Assembly (NCBI GenBank): GCA_963813715.1
Contig: CAWFAK010000007.1
Location: 64,001-128,000, forward strand
Origin: an uncultured Planctomycetaceae bacterium
GTDB taxonomy: Bacteria > Planctomycetota > Planctomycetia > Planctomycetales > Planctomycetaceae
Reading direction: 5' to 3'
DNA length: 64,000 nucleotides
Shown: piece by piece, positions 25,791 through 37,061 of the stretch
Layout: each line of letters starts with the position of its first letter
How positions within the stretch are numbered: position 1 is the stretch's first letter
The notes under the pieces: model-generated
What the model was told of the DNA's origin: nothing
The model's input: the letters and a program-made list of their open reading frames with translations, nothing else
Databases searched by the model: none
Translations under genes and position numbers: made by a program

Positions 25791-28628
25791 CTATTCGAGC
25801 TTCCGCTTGATCTCGTCGACCCGATACCCCTCGAGCAAATCCCCTTCTTTGATGTCGTTGAAACCTTCGAGCCGAATACCGCATTCCATGCCTTCGCGAA
25901 CTTCGCGGGCATCGTCCTTCCCCCGCTTAAGCGAGGCAATCTCGTAGGTGTTGAGCACCGTCTGGTCCCGGCTGACGCTGATCCGGTTGGACCGCTCGAT
26001 CGTGCCGCTGAGCACGCGGCAGCCGGCGATCGTTCCCAGGCGGCTGATCTGGAACGTTTTGAGCACGAGCGCCCGGCCGGTCATCACCTGCTTCCGCTCG
26101 GGCAGCAACAAGCCTTCCAGGCTCAGCCGAATCGTCTCCGTGACCTCGTAAATGATGTCGTACCGCTTGATGTCGACGCCCACCCGCTCGGCCAGGGCGC
26201 GAGCCCGCTCTTCCGGAACGACGTGGAAGGCGATGATGATCGCGTGCGAAGCCTCGGCCAGCGAAACGTCGCTCTCGTTCACGCCGCCGACGCCTTCGTG
26301 CACGATCTGCACGCGGACTTCCGGATGCGTGAACTTGCCGATCTCGCTCCGCAGCGCCTCGATCGAGCCTTGCGAGTCGGCCTTGATGATCAGCGGCAGA
26401 TCCTGCACGCTGCCTTCGCGGGCCGCCGACAGAATGTCTTCCATCGACCGGGGCCGATCGCGTCCGCTGAGCGTCGCCGCCCGGCCGCGCTGCCGGCGCT
26501 CCTGCACCATGGCGCGGGCCTGCTCGATATCGTGCATCACCGAGAAGCGGTCGCCCGCGCCGGGCATGCTGTCGAGCCCGGCCACCTTGACGGGCGCCGA
26601 CGGGCCGGCCGACTCGATCGGCCGATCGTGATCGTCGTAGATCGCGCGGATGCGGCCTTCCGCCTCGCCGCAGAGGACGATGTCGCCCACTCGCAGCGTT
26701 CCCTTTTGGACGACGAACCAGGCGAGCACGCCCCGCCCCTCGTCGCGAAACGCCTCGAGACAGACGCCGACGGCCGGACGGTCCGGATTGACCTTGAGGC
26801 CCCGCATTTCGGTGCTGAGCAGAATCGTTTCCAAGAGGTCGTCGATGCCGCGGCCGGTGACTCCGGAGGTGCGAATCACGTCGGTCTCGCCGCCCCATTC
26901 GGTGGGCTGCACGTGATTGGTGGCCAGGTCCTGCAGAATTCGCTGCACTTTCTGCTCGGTCGCCTGCGGGAGATCGCTCTTGTTGAGGGCGACGATCATC
27001 GGCACGTTGGCCGCCCGCGCGTGGCTGATGCACTCGACCGTTTGCGGCATGACGCCGTCGTCGGCCGCGACGACCAGCACGACAATGTCGGTCAGGTTCG
27101 CGCCGCGGGCCCGCATCTCGGAGAAGGCCGCGTGGCCCGGCGTATCGACGAACGTGATCTTCTTGCCGCCGTGCTCGACCTGGTAGGCGGCGATGTGCTG
27201 GGTGATGCCGCCAGCCTCCCCCGCGGCCACGTTGGCCGAGCGGATTTTGTCCAAGAGCGTCGTCTTGCCGTGGTCGACGTGACCCAGGATGGTGACGATG
27301 GGCGGACGATCGACCAGGTTCTCGGGCGCTTCGGCGCTTCGGTCTCTTCGACCAGTTCCTGTTCGAGGTCCTTCGCCTTGCGGATGGTCAGGTCCACGCC
27401 GATTTCCATGGCCAGCTCCAATGCCGTCTCTTCGGAGAGGGTCTGGTTGATGGTCGTCATCTCCCCCCGCTCGAAGAGAATCCGCATCAGGTCCTTGGCC
27501 GGACGGCCCGAGGGCTTCCGACAGCGAGCGCATCGTGATGGGAGGCACCAGCTCGGCCGCCGTTTTCAAGCTGACGGGCTCGGTCCGCCCCCGCTGCCGA
27601 AAGCGGATCGGCCGCTTCTTGCGTTCGGGCTCGCCACGGTCCTGCGACCGCTTCCAGTTCTCGCGGCGATCGCGCGGGCCGACAACCGCCGCTCGCTTGT
27701 CTTTGTCTTCTTCTTCGCCGATGAAGCTCGTCGAACTGACGGCTCCGGGAGGCCCGGGCTCGTCGCCCTTCTTGCGGCGCTTTCTTCTGCTCGGCGTTTT
27801 TGTTGAGATGGTCGCGGAGCGGACTGTTCTCGCCGAAGATGTCCGGCGAAAGAGGAATATCCGGCTTCTGGGCCGGCGCTTCCTCTTTCTTGTTCGTGCG
27901 GTTCACCGGCGCCCGGTAGTTGGGCGGCGCGGCGATCGACGGCAGCGCGGGCTTCGGCTTGGCCTTGGGCCGGCGCTGCTGTCCTTGCTCGTCGACGATA
28001 CTGCCGCGCGGCTTCATCTCGCGGATGGACGAGCCGGCGCGGCGCCGCCGCCCGGAGCGATATAGTCGTCGGGACGCATCGGCGTGGCCGTACGCGGTGC
28101 GGACTCGGGCGCGAGCGCGGGCGAGGCTTCCTCAGGCGCTGCGCCCGGAGCCGTGCGACGCAGCGGGCCGCCGGCGCTGGGCGGCGACGCGGGCGGTTCT
28201 TCCACCGCCGCGCTCGACGCGGCCACGGTCGGCGGCGGCGTTTCGACGGGCGGACTGATTTCGGTGTCGACGGCCGGACGCGCTTCCGGCGCGGGAGCCT
28301 CCGGTGCGACCTCCACCGCGACCGTGCCACGATCGCGGGCCAGCGGCGGACGGGAAACGACCGGCTTGATGCTGCGGATTTTGCCCGCGTCGCGCATGGG
28401 GTCGCGCGCGAAAGGCGTCATCTGGACGTCTTCGGTGGCCGGCGCCGCCACGGCGCTCGGGCTCCCCTTTTTCATCTGCTGCAGAACGCGATCGCGTTCC
28501 TCCGGCGAAATGCTGGCCAGAGGAGAGTTCTTCAACTTGATCCCTGCGGCGTTGCAGTGTTCGATCAAGTCCTTGCTATCGATCCCCAGCTCTTTCGCCA
28601 GGGCGAAGATACGAATCTTCAAATCCAT
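25791..28628 (-). CDS. infB: Translation initiation factor IF-2 (several frameshifts)
   Basis: [55 protein letters not shown]. Confidence 0.96.
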
Positions 28629-28753
28629 CGCCACAAATTTCGTCCTTCCGGCAGGTCGTTGGCCTGCCGATCATCAGCCTGCCTGTGTGATATGCATAGT
28701 CCGCCCAAATACGGTTCGCCCAAAAACGGGCTTCGTTCCTGGCCGTAACCCGG

Positions 28754-30382
28754 CTAACCCGCTCCCTCTTCACCGTGCCCAGTGTGGCCATGCCCACCGT
28801 GGCCGTGGCCCCCCTCCGTCACCGAAGCCTGCTCGCTGATTTCCGCCTCCGTTTCGGGAGGCATTTCTGGCTCCGTTTCGGGAGGCTCCGGAGCCGCGTC
28901 GGCCGCCTCGTCGGCAATCTCGCCGCTGGCTTCCGTCATCTCGTCGAGCACCGTCGCGGCCAGCGTCGGCGGTTCTTGTCCGTTGTCCGCGCCGGAATGG
29001 GCTGCTTCCTCGGCGAGCGCCTCGTCGTGCAGCTCGTCCTCGTGCAGTTCCGCCTCGTTCAGTTCGTCGGTCACCTCGGCCCCGACGGCAGCCTCAGCGT
29101 CATCCCCCTCCGCCTTCGGAGCGCCGTTGCCCCCCGCAATGGCCGGCTCGGCCGGGGCTTCGACCACGACCACCGGTTCGGGCTGCTTGAAGCGGCCTTC
29201 CGCGATCGCCCGCCGCTCCTCTTCCTCGACCCGCGCCGCTTCTTCGTCGGCGTAGGCCACAATCTCTTCGCACTGCTCGGCCGTCAGTCCGCCCAGTTCG
29301 GCCAACTGGTCGGGCTCGATCACCGACAAGTCGTCGAACGTGAAGAAGCCCTGCGCGACCAGGTTCTCCGCCAGCTCGCCGCTCACCGACGGAACCTTCG
29401 AGAACATGCCGACCGACTTGTCGAGCTGCTCGTCGAGCTTCTTCTGGTTCATCACGTGGATGTCCCAGCCGACGAGCTTCGACGCCAGCCGCACGTTCTG
29501 CCCCTTCTTGCCGATCGCCAGCGACAGCTGATCGTCCGGCACGAGCACGATCACCTTGCCCAGCATGGGGCACAAGATGACGTCCTCGACCTCGGCCGGC
29601 TGCAGGGCGTTGGGCACCAGCACCTGCAGCGAGTCGTTCCAGCGGACGATGTCGATGCGCTCGCCGGCCAGCTCTTCCACCACGTTCTTGATCCGCGAAC
29701 CACGGACGCCGACGCACGCCCCGACGCAATCGATCTTGCTGTCATAGCAGGAGACGGCGACCTTCGAGCGGTAACCGGCCTCGCGAGCCAGCGACCGCAC
29801 CTCGATGATCCGCTCCTGCACCTCGGGAATTTCAATTTCAAACAGACGGCGGACCATTTCCGGATGCGTCCGCGACAGGATGATTCGCACGCGGCTGCCC
29901 GCCTTGCGGACGTCGATCACCACGGCCCGCACGCGTTCGCCGACGCGGTGCGACTCGCCCGGAATCTGCTCGCCGCGCGGCAACAGCCCCTCGACCTTGC
30001 CGAGGTTGACGGTGGCGGTACCCCCTTCGATGCGGGTGATCGAGCCGGTGACGATGTGGCCGCGGAGTGCTTCGTATTCATCGAACAGCGCGTCGCGTTC
30101 GGCCTCGCGAATCTTCTGGATGATGACTTGCTTGGCGGTCTGGGCGGCAATGCGGCCCAACAGGTCGCCGATTTCGTCTTTTTCGAGCGGCTTGGCGTCG
30201 ACAATCACCGAGGGTTCGCCGCTCTCGCGATCGATGTGGACTTCGAGCGGGCTTTCCTCGCCGAAGTGTTTGCGTGCCGCGGAGATGATCGCCTGCTCGA
30301 TCCCTTCGAAAACGATCTCCTTGTCGATGTTTTTGTCGCGATGAATCGCGTCGACAATTCTGAGGACCTCGCTGCCGTTCAT
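28754..30382 (-). CDS. nusA: Transcription factor NusA with acidic C-terminal extension
   Basis: [22 protein letters not shown]1 domain, [37 protein letters not shown]. Confidence 0.96.
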   Translation of the reverse strand: MNGSEVLRIVDAIHRDKNIDKEIVFEGIEQAIISAARKHFGEESPLEVHIDRESGEPSVIVDAKPLEKDEIGDLLGRIAAQTAKQVIIQKIREAERDALFDEYEALRGHIVTGSITRIEGGTATVNLGKVEGLLPRGEQIPGESHRVGERVRAVVIDVRKAGSRVRIILSRTHPEMVRRLFEIEIPEVQERIIEVRSLAREAGYRSKVAVSCYDSKIDCVGACVGVRGSRIKNVVEELAGERIDIVRWNDSLQVLVPNALQPAEVEDVILCPMLGKVIVLVPDDQLSLAIGKKGQNVRLASKLVGWDIHVMNQKKLDEQLDKSVGMFSKVPSVSGELAENLVAQGFFTFDDLSVIEPDQLAELGGLTAEQCEEIVAYADEEAARVEEEERRAIAEGRFKQPEPVVVVEAPAEPAIAGGNGAPKAEGDDAEAAVGAEVTDELNEAELHEDELHDEALAEEAAHSGADNGQEPPTLAATVLDEMTEASGEIADEAADAAPEPPETEPEMPPETEAEISEQASVTEGGHGHGGHGHTGHGEEGAG

Positions 30383-30507
30383 GTTATTCCTTCCGCAACC
30401 GGTCGGCGGGCGGCCCGCCCGTCTTCCCCCAATGCCAGCTCACTCTCACCCGCCCGCCCGTCTCAGCCACCCCCTTTTTGGGGACCGGCCGACCGGGCCG
30501 TTGGAAC

Positions 30508-30537
30508 AAAAAAAGCGGGCTCAAGTCCCACTTTTTT
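30508..30537 (-). promoter_or_regulatory. nusA-operon leader hairpin (rimP-leader-like terminator/attenuator)
   Basis: Minus strand AAAAAAGTGGG-ACTTGAG-CCCGCTTTTTTT, about 125 nt upstream of nusA. Confidence 0.7.
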
Positions 30538-31278
30538 GCTGGGTCTCCCGCTCTGAGAACCAGCACCCCTCCGGCCGCAGAGTGCGACACGGAAGCCAAC
30601 GACGTTTGTGAGGAACGAACTCAAGGCTTACTGCACGGTCACATCTCTGATGCCCTCGTTGACTACCGCACCAGTCAAACGCCTGCGCCCGTCAAAGCCA
30701 CGTCGAACACGAGCGGCCACCCGCTCCAACGTCCTTCCCCACAACCCGGTACGGGACTGCGTTCGGGTCTGGATCCGCACGCTCTTACCGGCTTCACATT
30801 CTATACCTTCTCCCTGCAACGAACATCCACGACGTCGTCGTAGGGAGCAAACCGACCACTCATGACGATACTCGCAGCGAACCAAACAGTCAAGCAGCCA
30901 AGGGCTTCCTGCGATCCGAAACCCGGCGCCGACCCGGTTTATGACGACCGCGTAAACTCGTCATTTGGGTCGACCCCCAACCCGACTCTTCACGCCCGTT
31001 TTCCACTGGCACTTCCGCCCGCACATTCGGCAGCCGAACGCCCCGCACGCTGGATCGCGCGATCGGCGGCCGATAGAGTCTTGTCGAAGAGGCCTTGTCG
31101 CCGGTTCAGCATTCGAATGAGGCTTATTCGGGGTTCGGGCTCGACATTTGCCGGAGCAGCCACCAGCCGGCGACCGTCGGGGTTTGCGCAACCACCACGG
31201 ACGACAGCCACAGTCAACTGCCGCTGGCAACCGCCGCAGACAGTCGCGCCACCATTTTTCGTCGCGTTGAGGGTCATC

Positions 31279-32805
31279 ATGGCACGCCGTTCGGTCCTGA
31301 TCCTGTTCGTTCTGGCCGGCTCGCTCGCTTTGACGCAGACGGCCGATGCCCAGATCCTTCCCCTGTTCCGCCGCCAGGGACAGGGACAGCCGACGGCCTC
31401 GGAGACGAACCCCGAACACGAGCAGAAGAAGACGCAGGCCCAAGCCGCCTACCAGGCCGGTGACCTTCCCAAAACCATCGAGCTGATGGACTCCGTGCTG
31501 CGGGAAAATCCCCGCGACTCGATCGCCTACTACTTGCGCGGCAGTGCCCGCGTCGATCTGGGCGCACGCTCGATGGATACCAAGCTCGTCCGCGACGGCG
31601 TCGCCGACGCACGCGAGGCCATCCGCTTCGACACGCAGCAGTCGTCGCTCTATTACCTGCCCTATCTCTTCGGCATGAAGAGCCTGGCCGTGCTCGAAAA
31701 CCGCAAAGAACACGCGGAAACGGCCGTCAAGCAGGCCACGCTCGTGCTCGACCGGCCCAATCTCAAAGAAGACGAGCGAGCCAACCTGCTCTACCAGCGG
31801 GCGCAGGCCGAAGCCTGGCTCAGCAAGAGCGACGAGGCGATCAACGATCTGCAAGAGGCGCTGAAACTGGCTCCGTCGCACTTCGGCGCGCGGGCCACGC
31901 TGGCCGAAGTCTACGTCAAAGCGGGCCGCGGCCCCGAGGCTATGGCCGCCTTCAACAAGCTCGTCGAGCTGTTCCCCGAGAATCCGCTCAGCCTGAACAA
32001 CCGCGGCATGTACCTGCAGAACCTGGGCAAATACGACGAGGCGGTCGTCGACTTCACTCGGGCCGTCGAGCGCGACCCGAACTACTTCGTCGCCTACGCG
32101 AACCGGGGCTTCACGTTGTTGCAGATGGACAACCCGACCGCGGCGGAAGTCGACTTCACGCAGGCGCTCAAGATCAACCCGCAGCAATCCTTCGTCTACA
32201 ACCTGCGGGCACAGACGAAAATCGCCACCGGCGACGTGGCAGGCGCCGTCAAAGACCAGCAGTTGGCCGTCGAGCAGTCGCCCAAAGATCCGGTCGCGCT
32301 GGGCGACTTGGGCTTCGTGAACTTCTTCGCCGAGGATTATTCCGCCGCCCTCGCCGCCTTCGACGCGGCCTTGGTCCTCGACCCCGAGTTCAAGCACCTC
32401 AACCCCTGGAAAATCGTGGCGCTCGAGCGGCTGGGCAAAGGCAACGGCCTCAAGGACCAGTTCAAGGACAGCCTCTCCAAGGACATGAAGCTGCGGACCT
32501 GGGTCGACCATCTCATCGCCTACCTGCTGGGGGCCGAGAACGAAGGCCAGCTCCTCGCCGACGCACAGACCGCCAAGGACCCGCTCAAGACCGACGAAAC
32601 GTGCGAGGCCTGCTACTTCATCGGCCTCACGCGAGCGGCGGCCGGCAAGACCAGCGAGGCGGCCGACATGCTGCAACGGGCCGTCGCCACCAAGTCCCGC
32701 CAGCTCTCGGCCTTCCGCGGAGCCCAAGTTGCCCTGCGGAAGATCAACCCCAACGCCCCCGGCACCTCAGCCGCAATCCCCGCGGCAATCACGCCGGCGA
32801 AGTAG
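31279..32805 (+). CDS. Exported TPR protein, NlpI-like C-terminus
   Basis: Signal peptide MARRSVLILFVLAGSLALTQTADA; many TPRs; CEACYFIG near the end. Confidence 0.85.
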   Translation: MARRSVLILFVLAGSLALTQTADAQILPLFRRQGQGQPTASETNPEHEQKKTQAQAAYQAGDLPKTIELMDSVLRENPRDSIAYYLRGSARVDLGARSMDTKLVRDGVADAREAIRFDTQQSSLYYLPYLFGMKSLAVLENRKEHAETAVKQATLVLDRPNLKEDERANLLYQRAQAEAWLSKSDEAINDLQEALKLAPSHFGARATLAEVYVKAGRGPEAMAAFNKLVELFPENPLSLNNRGMYLQNLGKYDEAVVDFTRAVERDPNYFVAYANRGFTLLQMDNPTAAEVDFTQALKINPQQSFVYNLRAQTKIATGDVAGAVKDQQLAVEQSPKDPVALGDLGFVNFFAEDYSAALAAFDAALVLDPEFKHLNPWKIVALERLGKGNGLKDQFKDSLSKDMKLRTWVDHLIAYLLGAENEGQLLADAQTAKDPLKTDETCEACYFIGLTRAAAGKTSEAADMLQRAVATKSRQLSAFRGAQVALRKINPNAPGTSAAIPAAITPAK

Positions 32806-32839
32806 TGGCCCGTCCTCGACGCTCGGCGAAGGCCCCGAG

Positions 32840-33166
32840 ATGGCCACCGCGGAATCTCAGCAACACCTGCTGCAGGCCGCCATCGACCAGGTCGTCAAGG
32901 ATTTTGCCAACCGCTTGCCGATCCTGCGGACGATGGTTGATCGCCTTCGGCCCACGCCCTGCGACCCGAATCCGCAGCTCTTCGTATTCTTTTTCGTCGA
33001 CGAAGAAACCGAGCGCTCGAGCACGTGCCTCGCTTTGGCCAAGGAACTCGATGCGGCCTTCCGCCGCGCGCTCTTACTCTCCAACTATTTCCGCAAAAGC
33101 CACGAAACGGTCGAGACGCTCGTGCTGTCGGAGGCGAGCTACAACACGCCCTGGTTTCGACGCTAG
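32840..33166 (+). CDS. Small hypothetical protein
   Basis: 108 aa ORF MATAESQQHLL..., immediately followed by a family A palindrome. Confidence 0.55.
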   Translation: MATAESQQHLLQAAIDQVVKDFANRLPILRTMVDRLRPTPCDPNPQLFVFFFVDEETERSSTCLALAKELDAAFRRALLLSNYFRKSHETVETLVLSEASYNTPWFRR

Positions 33167-33170
33167 AGCC

Positions 33171-33256
33171 GGGGTGGCACTGGCGGCTCGTCCGCCAGTG
33201 GTATTCTCCTCGAGTTTTAAGAAAGACACTGGCTGACAAGCAGCCAGTGCCACCCC
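33171..33256. repeat. REP/MITE-like palindrome family A, copy 3
   Basis: ggggtggcactggcggctcgtccgccagtg ... cactggctgacaagcagccagtgccacccc. Confidence 0.85.
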
Positions 33257-33511
33257 GTGCACGTATTCAATCCGCGCGGCGGAACGTGAGGGCACCGGAT
33301 GGCGGGGCGCTCCGCTTCGCGGAAGCCCCCGTCTTGTGTGGGGACCTGATAGTTCCAGGGGCTTCCGCTGCGCAGAGCGCCCGGCCAAGCGAGGCGATAT
33401 TGACCGCTCTCCTCGCACTTGGAAAATGTTGCGGTCGCTCCAGGCGCGACTTACGATTGAGGCTAATCCCGCCGAGACTGACGCCCGGTTCATCAGCGGA
33501 ATGCGGATCCC

Positions 33512-34054
33512 ATGTCAAACCCGTCCCTGTCGAAATACGACTGGGGGATTACGCTTGGTCTCGCCGGCGGCACGATTGGCGCCGCGGGCTGGATATTCGG
33601 CGCAGCGCTCGAGCTCGTTGCCGATCCTTCGCATTCAGTGGCCATCCTGGACATTCTTGTCGTCCTATCGGGCGCCCTGGGTGTCATGCTGACTGGCTTT
33701 TTCGTGTGGTGCTTATATCTTTCCAGGCGCAGAATGAGCCTCTTCTTCGTGACGGAGGCGTTGCTGGGCGCGTCGTTGGTGTTTGGGACGCTCGCGATCT
33801 TATGGATGCACGCGCGGGGAGTGTTGGCTCTTGCAGTCGGAGGACATGCCGACAATGGTCAACCCGGGAACGAGGTCTGGGAAACAATCGGTCGTCACGT
33901 CCCGCCAGAACTCGTGTACGCAGTCCCGTTGCTCATTTTGGGCATGATGGCGGCCATTTGGTGGCCTCCCTCGCGGAGACGGCTGTTTACACGTCACACA
34001 CACATCCAGCGCGGTACGCCGGAAGGCGAGCGGCCATGGCATCTGCCGATTTGA
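33512..34054 (+). CDS. Hypothetical multi-pass membrane protein
   Basis: 180 aa with about four hydrophobic segments. Confidence 0.6.
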   Translation: MSNPSLSKYDWGITLGLAGGTIGAAGWIFGAALELVADPSHSVAILDILVVLSGALGVMLTGFFVWCLYLSRRRMSLFFVTEALLGASLVFGTLAILWMHARGVLALAVGGHADNGQPGNEVWETIGRHVPPELVYAVPLLILGMMAAIWWPPSRRRLFTRHTHIQRGTPEGERPWHLPI

Positions 34055-34068
34055 CCCTCCCTGTTCCC

Positions 34069-34177
34069 GGCGAGCGGCGGGTGTCAGCCCGCCGGTTTTC
34101 ATGGCGTCCCTGAGGCAAGCGCGCTCCAAAGCCGCTGGTTTTAGACAGAACCGGCGGGCTGACGCCCGCCGCTCGCC
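34069..34177. repeat. REP-like palindrome family B between convergent genes
   Basis: ggcgagcggcgggtgtcagcccgccggtt ... aaccggcgggctgacgcccgccgctcgcc. Confidence 0.8.
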
Positions 34178-34218
34178 CCGGAGTAAGAAGCGGCGCCCGG
34201 GGCCCGGAGAAAGAAAAA

Positions 34219-35545
34219 TCAGGCCGCTTCGACGATCAGCGCGGCCGCCTGGCCGAACGTCGTCGTGTTGAGGTTCAACACGATGCGATTCGACGTCGGC
34301 TGCGGTTTGTCGGCGACGATGTTGAGGGGGCGGCAGGCCGGGTCCGGCGTGTGGTAGTTCTTGGTCGCCGGGATCAGGCCCTGCCGGAGGCCGGCCAATG
34401 AGCCGGCCAGTTCGAGGGCGCCGCAGCTCGCGCCCGGGTTCGCCAGCACGCTTTTGAGGGCCGTCACCGGCACCGTCGCGCCGGCCGGGCCGAAGATTTC
34501 GTGAATGGCGAGCGGCTTCGTCGACGTCGATCCAGGGCGTCCCCAGTCCGTGCGCGTTGACGTGGCCGATGTCGGCCGGAGTCAGGCCGGCGTCGCGAAT
34601 GGCCGCGCGGGCCGCGTTGACGATCGCCCGCGTCACCTTGTTCGTGCCGTTGCGATCGAAGGCGCACGACGAACCGGCACCCAGAATGCGTCCCAGAATT
34701 TTCGCGCCGCGGGCCTTCGCGTGGCCCTCTTCTTCGAGGATCATCGAGCAGGCGCCTTCGGCCAGCACCTCGCCCCGCCGCGTTTTGTCGAACGGACGAC
34801 ACCAGGTTTCGGGCGGCTCGTCGCCGTAGTCGGCCAAAATGTCCCACAGCGCGGCGTGCATCGATTTGACGGGATGAATCCGCGTGCCCGTCGTGCCGGC
34901 CACCATGGTGTCGGCCTGTCCTCGCGTGATCACATAAAAGGCTTCGGCCGCCGCCAGATTGCCCGACGCTTCGTTCTGCGTGATCGAGTTGCTCGGGCCG
35001 CGTGCGTCGGCATAAATGCCGATGTGGCAGGCCGGCATGTTGGGCAGATATCTCAAGAGCCAGAGCGGCTCGAGGTTGCTGATTCCCTGCGAGCCCCAAT
35101 GCTTGAGGCGGAAGCGAAACTCGGTGTCGCCCTCGTCGACGCAGTGCCAGGCCGGGTCTTTGAGCACGTCGGGCGGGCTGAACATCAGGTTCGCGCCGAA
35201 CTCGACGCCGAACCGTTCGTGATCGATGGCTTCCATGTCGAGGGCCGAGTTTTCGATCGCCATCGAGGCGGAAGCCACGCCGAACTGGATCTCCCGGCAC
35301 ATCACCTTGATGCTTTTGCGCTGTTTTTTCAGGTACTCGTTCTTGGCCGTCGCGTCGGTGAAATCCTTGATTTCGCCGCCGACGTTTTTGGGAGCACCCG
35401 AATAGGAGACCGACTCGAGCCGCGAAATGCCGCTCTTACCCTCGAGCAGGTTCTTGCTGAAGGTGTCAAAGCCGATGCCGAGGGGGCTGACAATTCCGAC
35501 ACCGGTGATCACCACCCGTCGGGGAGAATCGCAACTGCGTGTCAT
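34219..35545 (-). CDS. FabF-like beta-ketoacyl synthase family protein lacking catalytic Cys (frameshift near 34500)
   Basis: RRVVITGVGIVSPLG, LPNMPACHI, GPSNSITQNEASG, CRPFDKTRRGEVLAEGA, VNAHGLGT, PVTALKSVLAN, FGQAAALIV. Confidence 0.9.
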
Positions 35546-35686
35546 GGTCTCACGGAAACAGGGCGAAAGGCGGAACGCGCGGAGCCTTCAAATCCGCATC
35601 AACCACAGGGTTTGGGAGGAATGCGGACGACAGGAGCTTCTCTAGCCGAGCCTATAGCAGAGAAGATACGCGCGTCGATTGCAAGC

Positions 35687-36400
35687 TCAATGGGCCATCG
35701 GCCGCCACGACTGGCCGGCCGCCGAGGGGTCGGCACCCGAGCCGCCAGGCGTCTGGTAACCGGCCGACTGCACACCGGGATCGGCGCTCGGACCGCCGCT
35801 GATCGGCCCCTGCGTACCAAAGGGCATCGGGCCGCCAGCCGCTCCGGGAGCGCCGGCCTGTGCCACTTGCATGCCGGCCGGATAGCCCGGTGCGGCATTG
35901 GTGTTCGGTGAGCCCGGCATCATCCGCGAACCGTACGGTGCGAACGTCAGTTGTTGAGTGGGACCGTTGAGGACGGCCGGATTCACGCCGTTGGCCGCCA
36001 GAAACTGATCGGCACCGGGGGTCGATTTCAAACCCTGGCCCCGCTGTTGAACGGCCATGGCAATCTGCGCATCGGGCATGCCGGCCCGCGACATGGCCAC
36101 TACGTCCTGGGCAGTCAGACCCTGCTGAGCACCCGCCTGCTGCGTCGCCTGCATAAAGGCCTCGCGATTCTGCTGCGAATATCCGCTGACGCCCGGAGCA
36201 GCCGCCTGGCCGCCCGGATAGGGCGGAGCTTGCGGTCCGTTGGCGCCGTTGAACATTGGCGAGCCGTTGTACGACGCGAAGGGGGCACTCGACTGCGACG
36301 GCGGCCCGGAGGAACAGCCGACGAACGAGGCAGCGAGCAACGATGCTCCCACAATCCCCGCGGCAACCAGCAGTTTGACGCGCAATTGGGATTCGCTCAT
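35687..36400 (-). CDS. Putative lipoprotein, Gly/Pro/Gln-rich
   Basis: LLAASFVGC lipobox; LTAQDVVAMSRAGMPDAQI helical module. Confidence 0.7.
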   Translation of the reverse strand: MSESQLRVKLLVAAGIVGASLLAASFVGCSSGPPSQSSAPFASYNGSPMFNGANGPQAPPYPGGQAAAPGVSGYSQQNREAFMQATQQAGAQQGLTAQDVVAMSRAGMPDAQIAMAVQQRGQGLKSTPGADQFLAANGVNPAVLNGPTQQLTFAPYGSRMMPGSPNTNAAPGYPAGMQVAQAGAPGAAGGPMPFGTQGPISGGPSADPGVQSAGYQTPGGSGADPSAAGQSWRPMAH

Positions 36401-36702
36401 GACAGGAAACTCCTGTTTCAACAAGTGTCCTGGTCGAAGGCGTGGTGTTTTCGCAGGCCCAGTCGTGACTGCACGAACGGGATCGAAATGCCGAATCGGC
36501 CGGACGTTCGAGATTGGATTTTGATGGGGGATGTGGGGAGAGGCGGGCGGAATCTTACAAATCGGCCAAAACAGGTCAAGAGCGGATTGGAGCGGAAAAG
36601 GCCGGCATCCGTAGGGTGTGACAAATCCGCCAAAAAGGGGGACGCAGGCACACCATCTTTATTCCTGTGCCGACGCTAGACTAACAGCGGAGGCGAAATC
36701 AA

Positions 36703-36904
36703 TTGGGTTACATCATTAAGGTGTCGAACAACCCCGGTGCGGGCGCCTGGATATCCAGGCTGAATTCCGAAGGCATCCGCAGCATCGGCACGCAGCGAAA
36801 GGCCCAGGTGTTCCCAACGCCGCGAGGGAGCACAACAGGAGATCGACAGGCTGTCCGGTCATCTGCCGGTCGGCCCCTGCCGCTTTAAGATTGAACAGGA
36901 ATGA
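36703..36904 (+). CDS. Small hypothetical protein (probable indel near 36825)
   Basis: GGAGG RBS then TTG GYIIKVSNN..AQVFPT; the alternative frame continues AQQEIDRL..FKIEQE*. Confidence 0.4.
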
Positions 36905-37061
36905 TTGCGCCGCAGATACGCTTCACGTTCGCGTTTTCCAGTCCCTGGGGCTGGCGGCTGAATTGAGCACAACATGAGCGACGAGACGATCGTTCCGGCC
37001 CTCTCTGATCGATCGGTAATCGCGATCGCGGAATCCCGCGCTTAGTCATTGGCCCCTGGTG

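Noticed and set aside
25791..28628. Pseudogenisation or programmed frameshifting of infB and other split genes
   Set aside because: infB is essential, indels are spread across unrelated genes, and no slippery-site pattern was evident.
30560..31270. tRNA or known ncRNA upstream of nusA
   Set aside because: No cloverleaf, T-loop context or recognisable family could be identified by eye.
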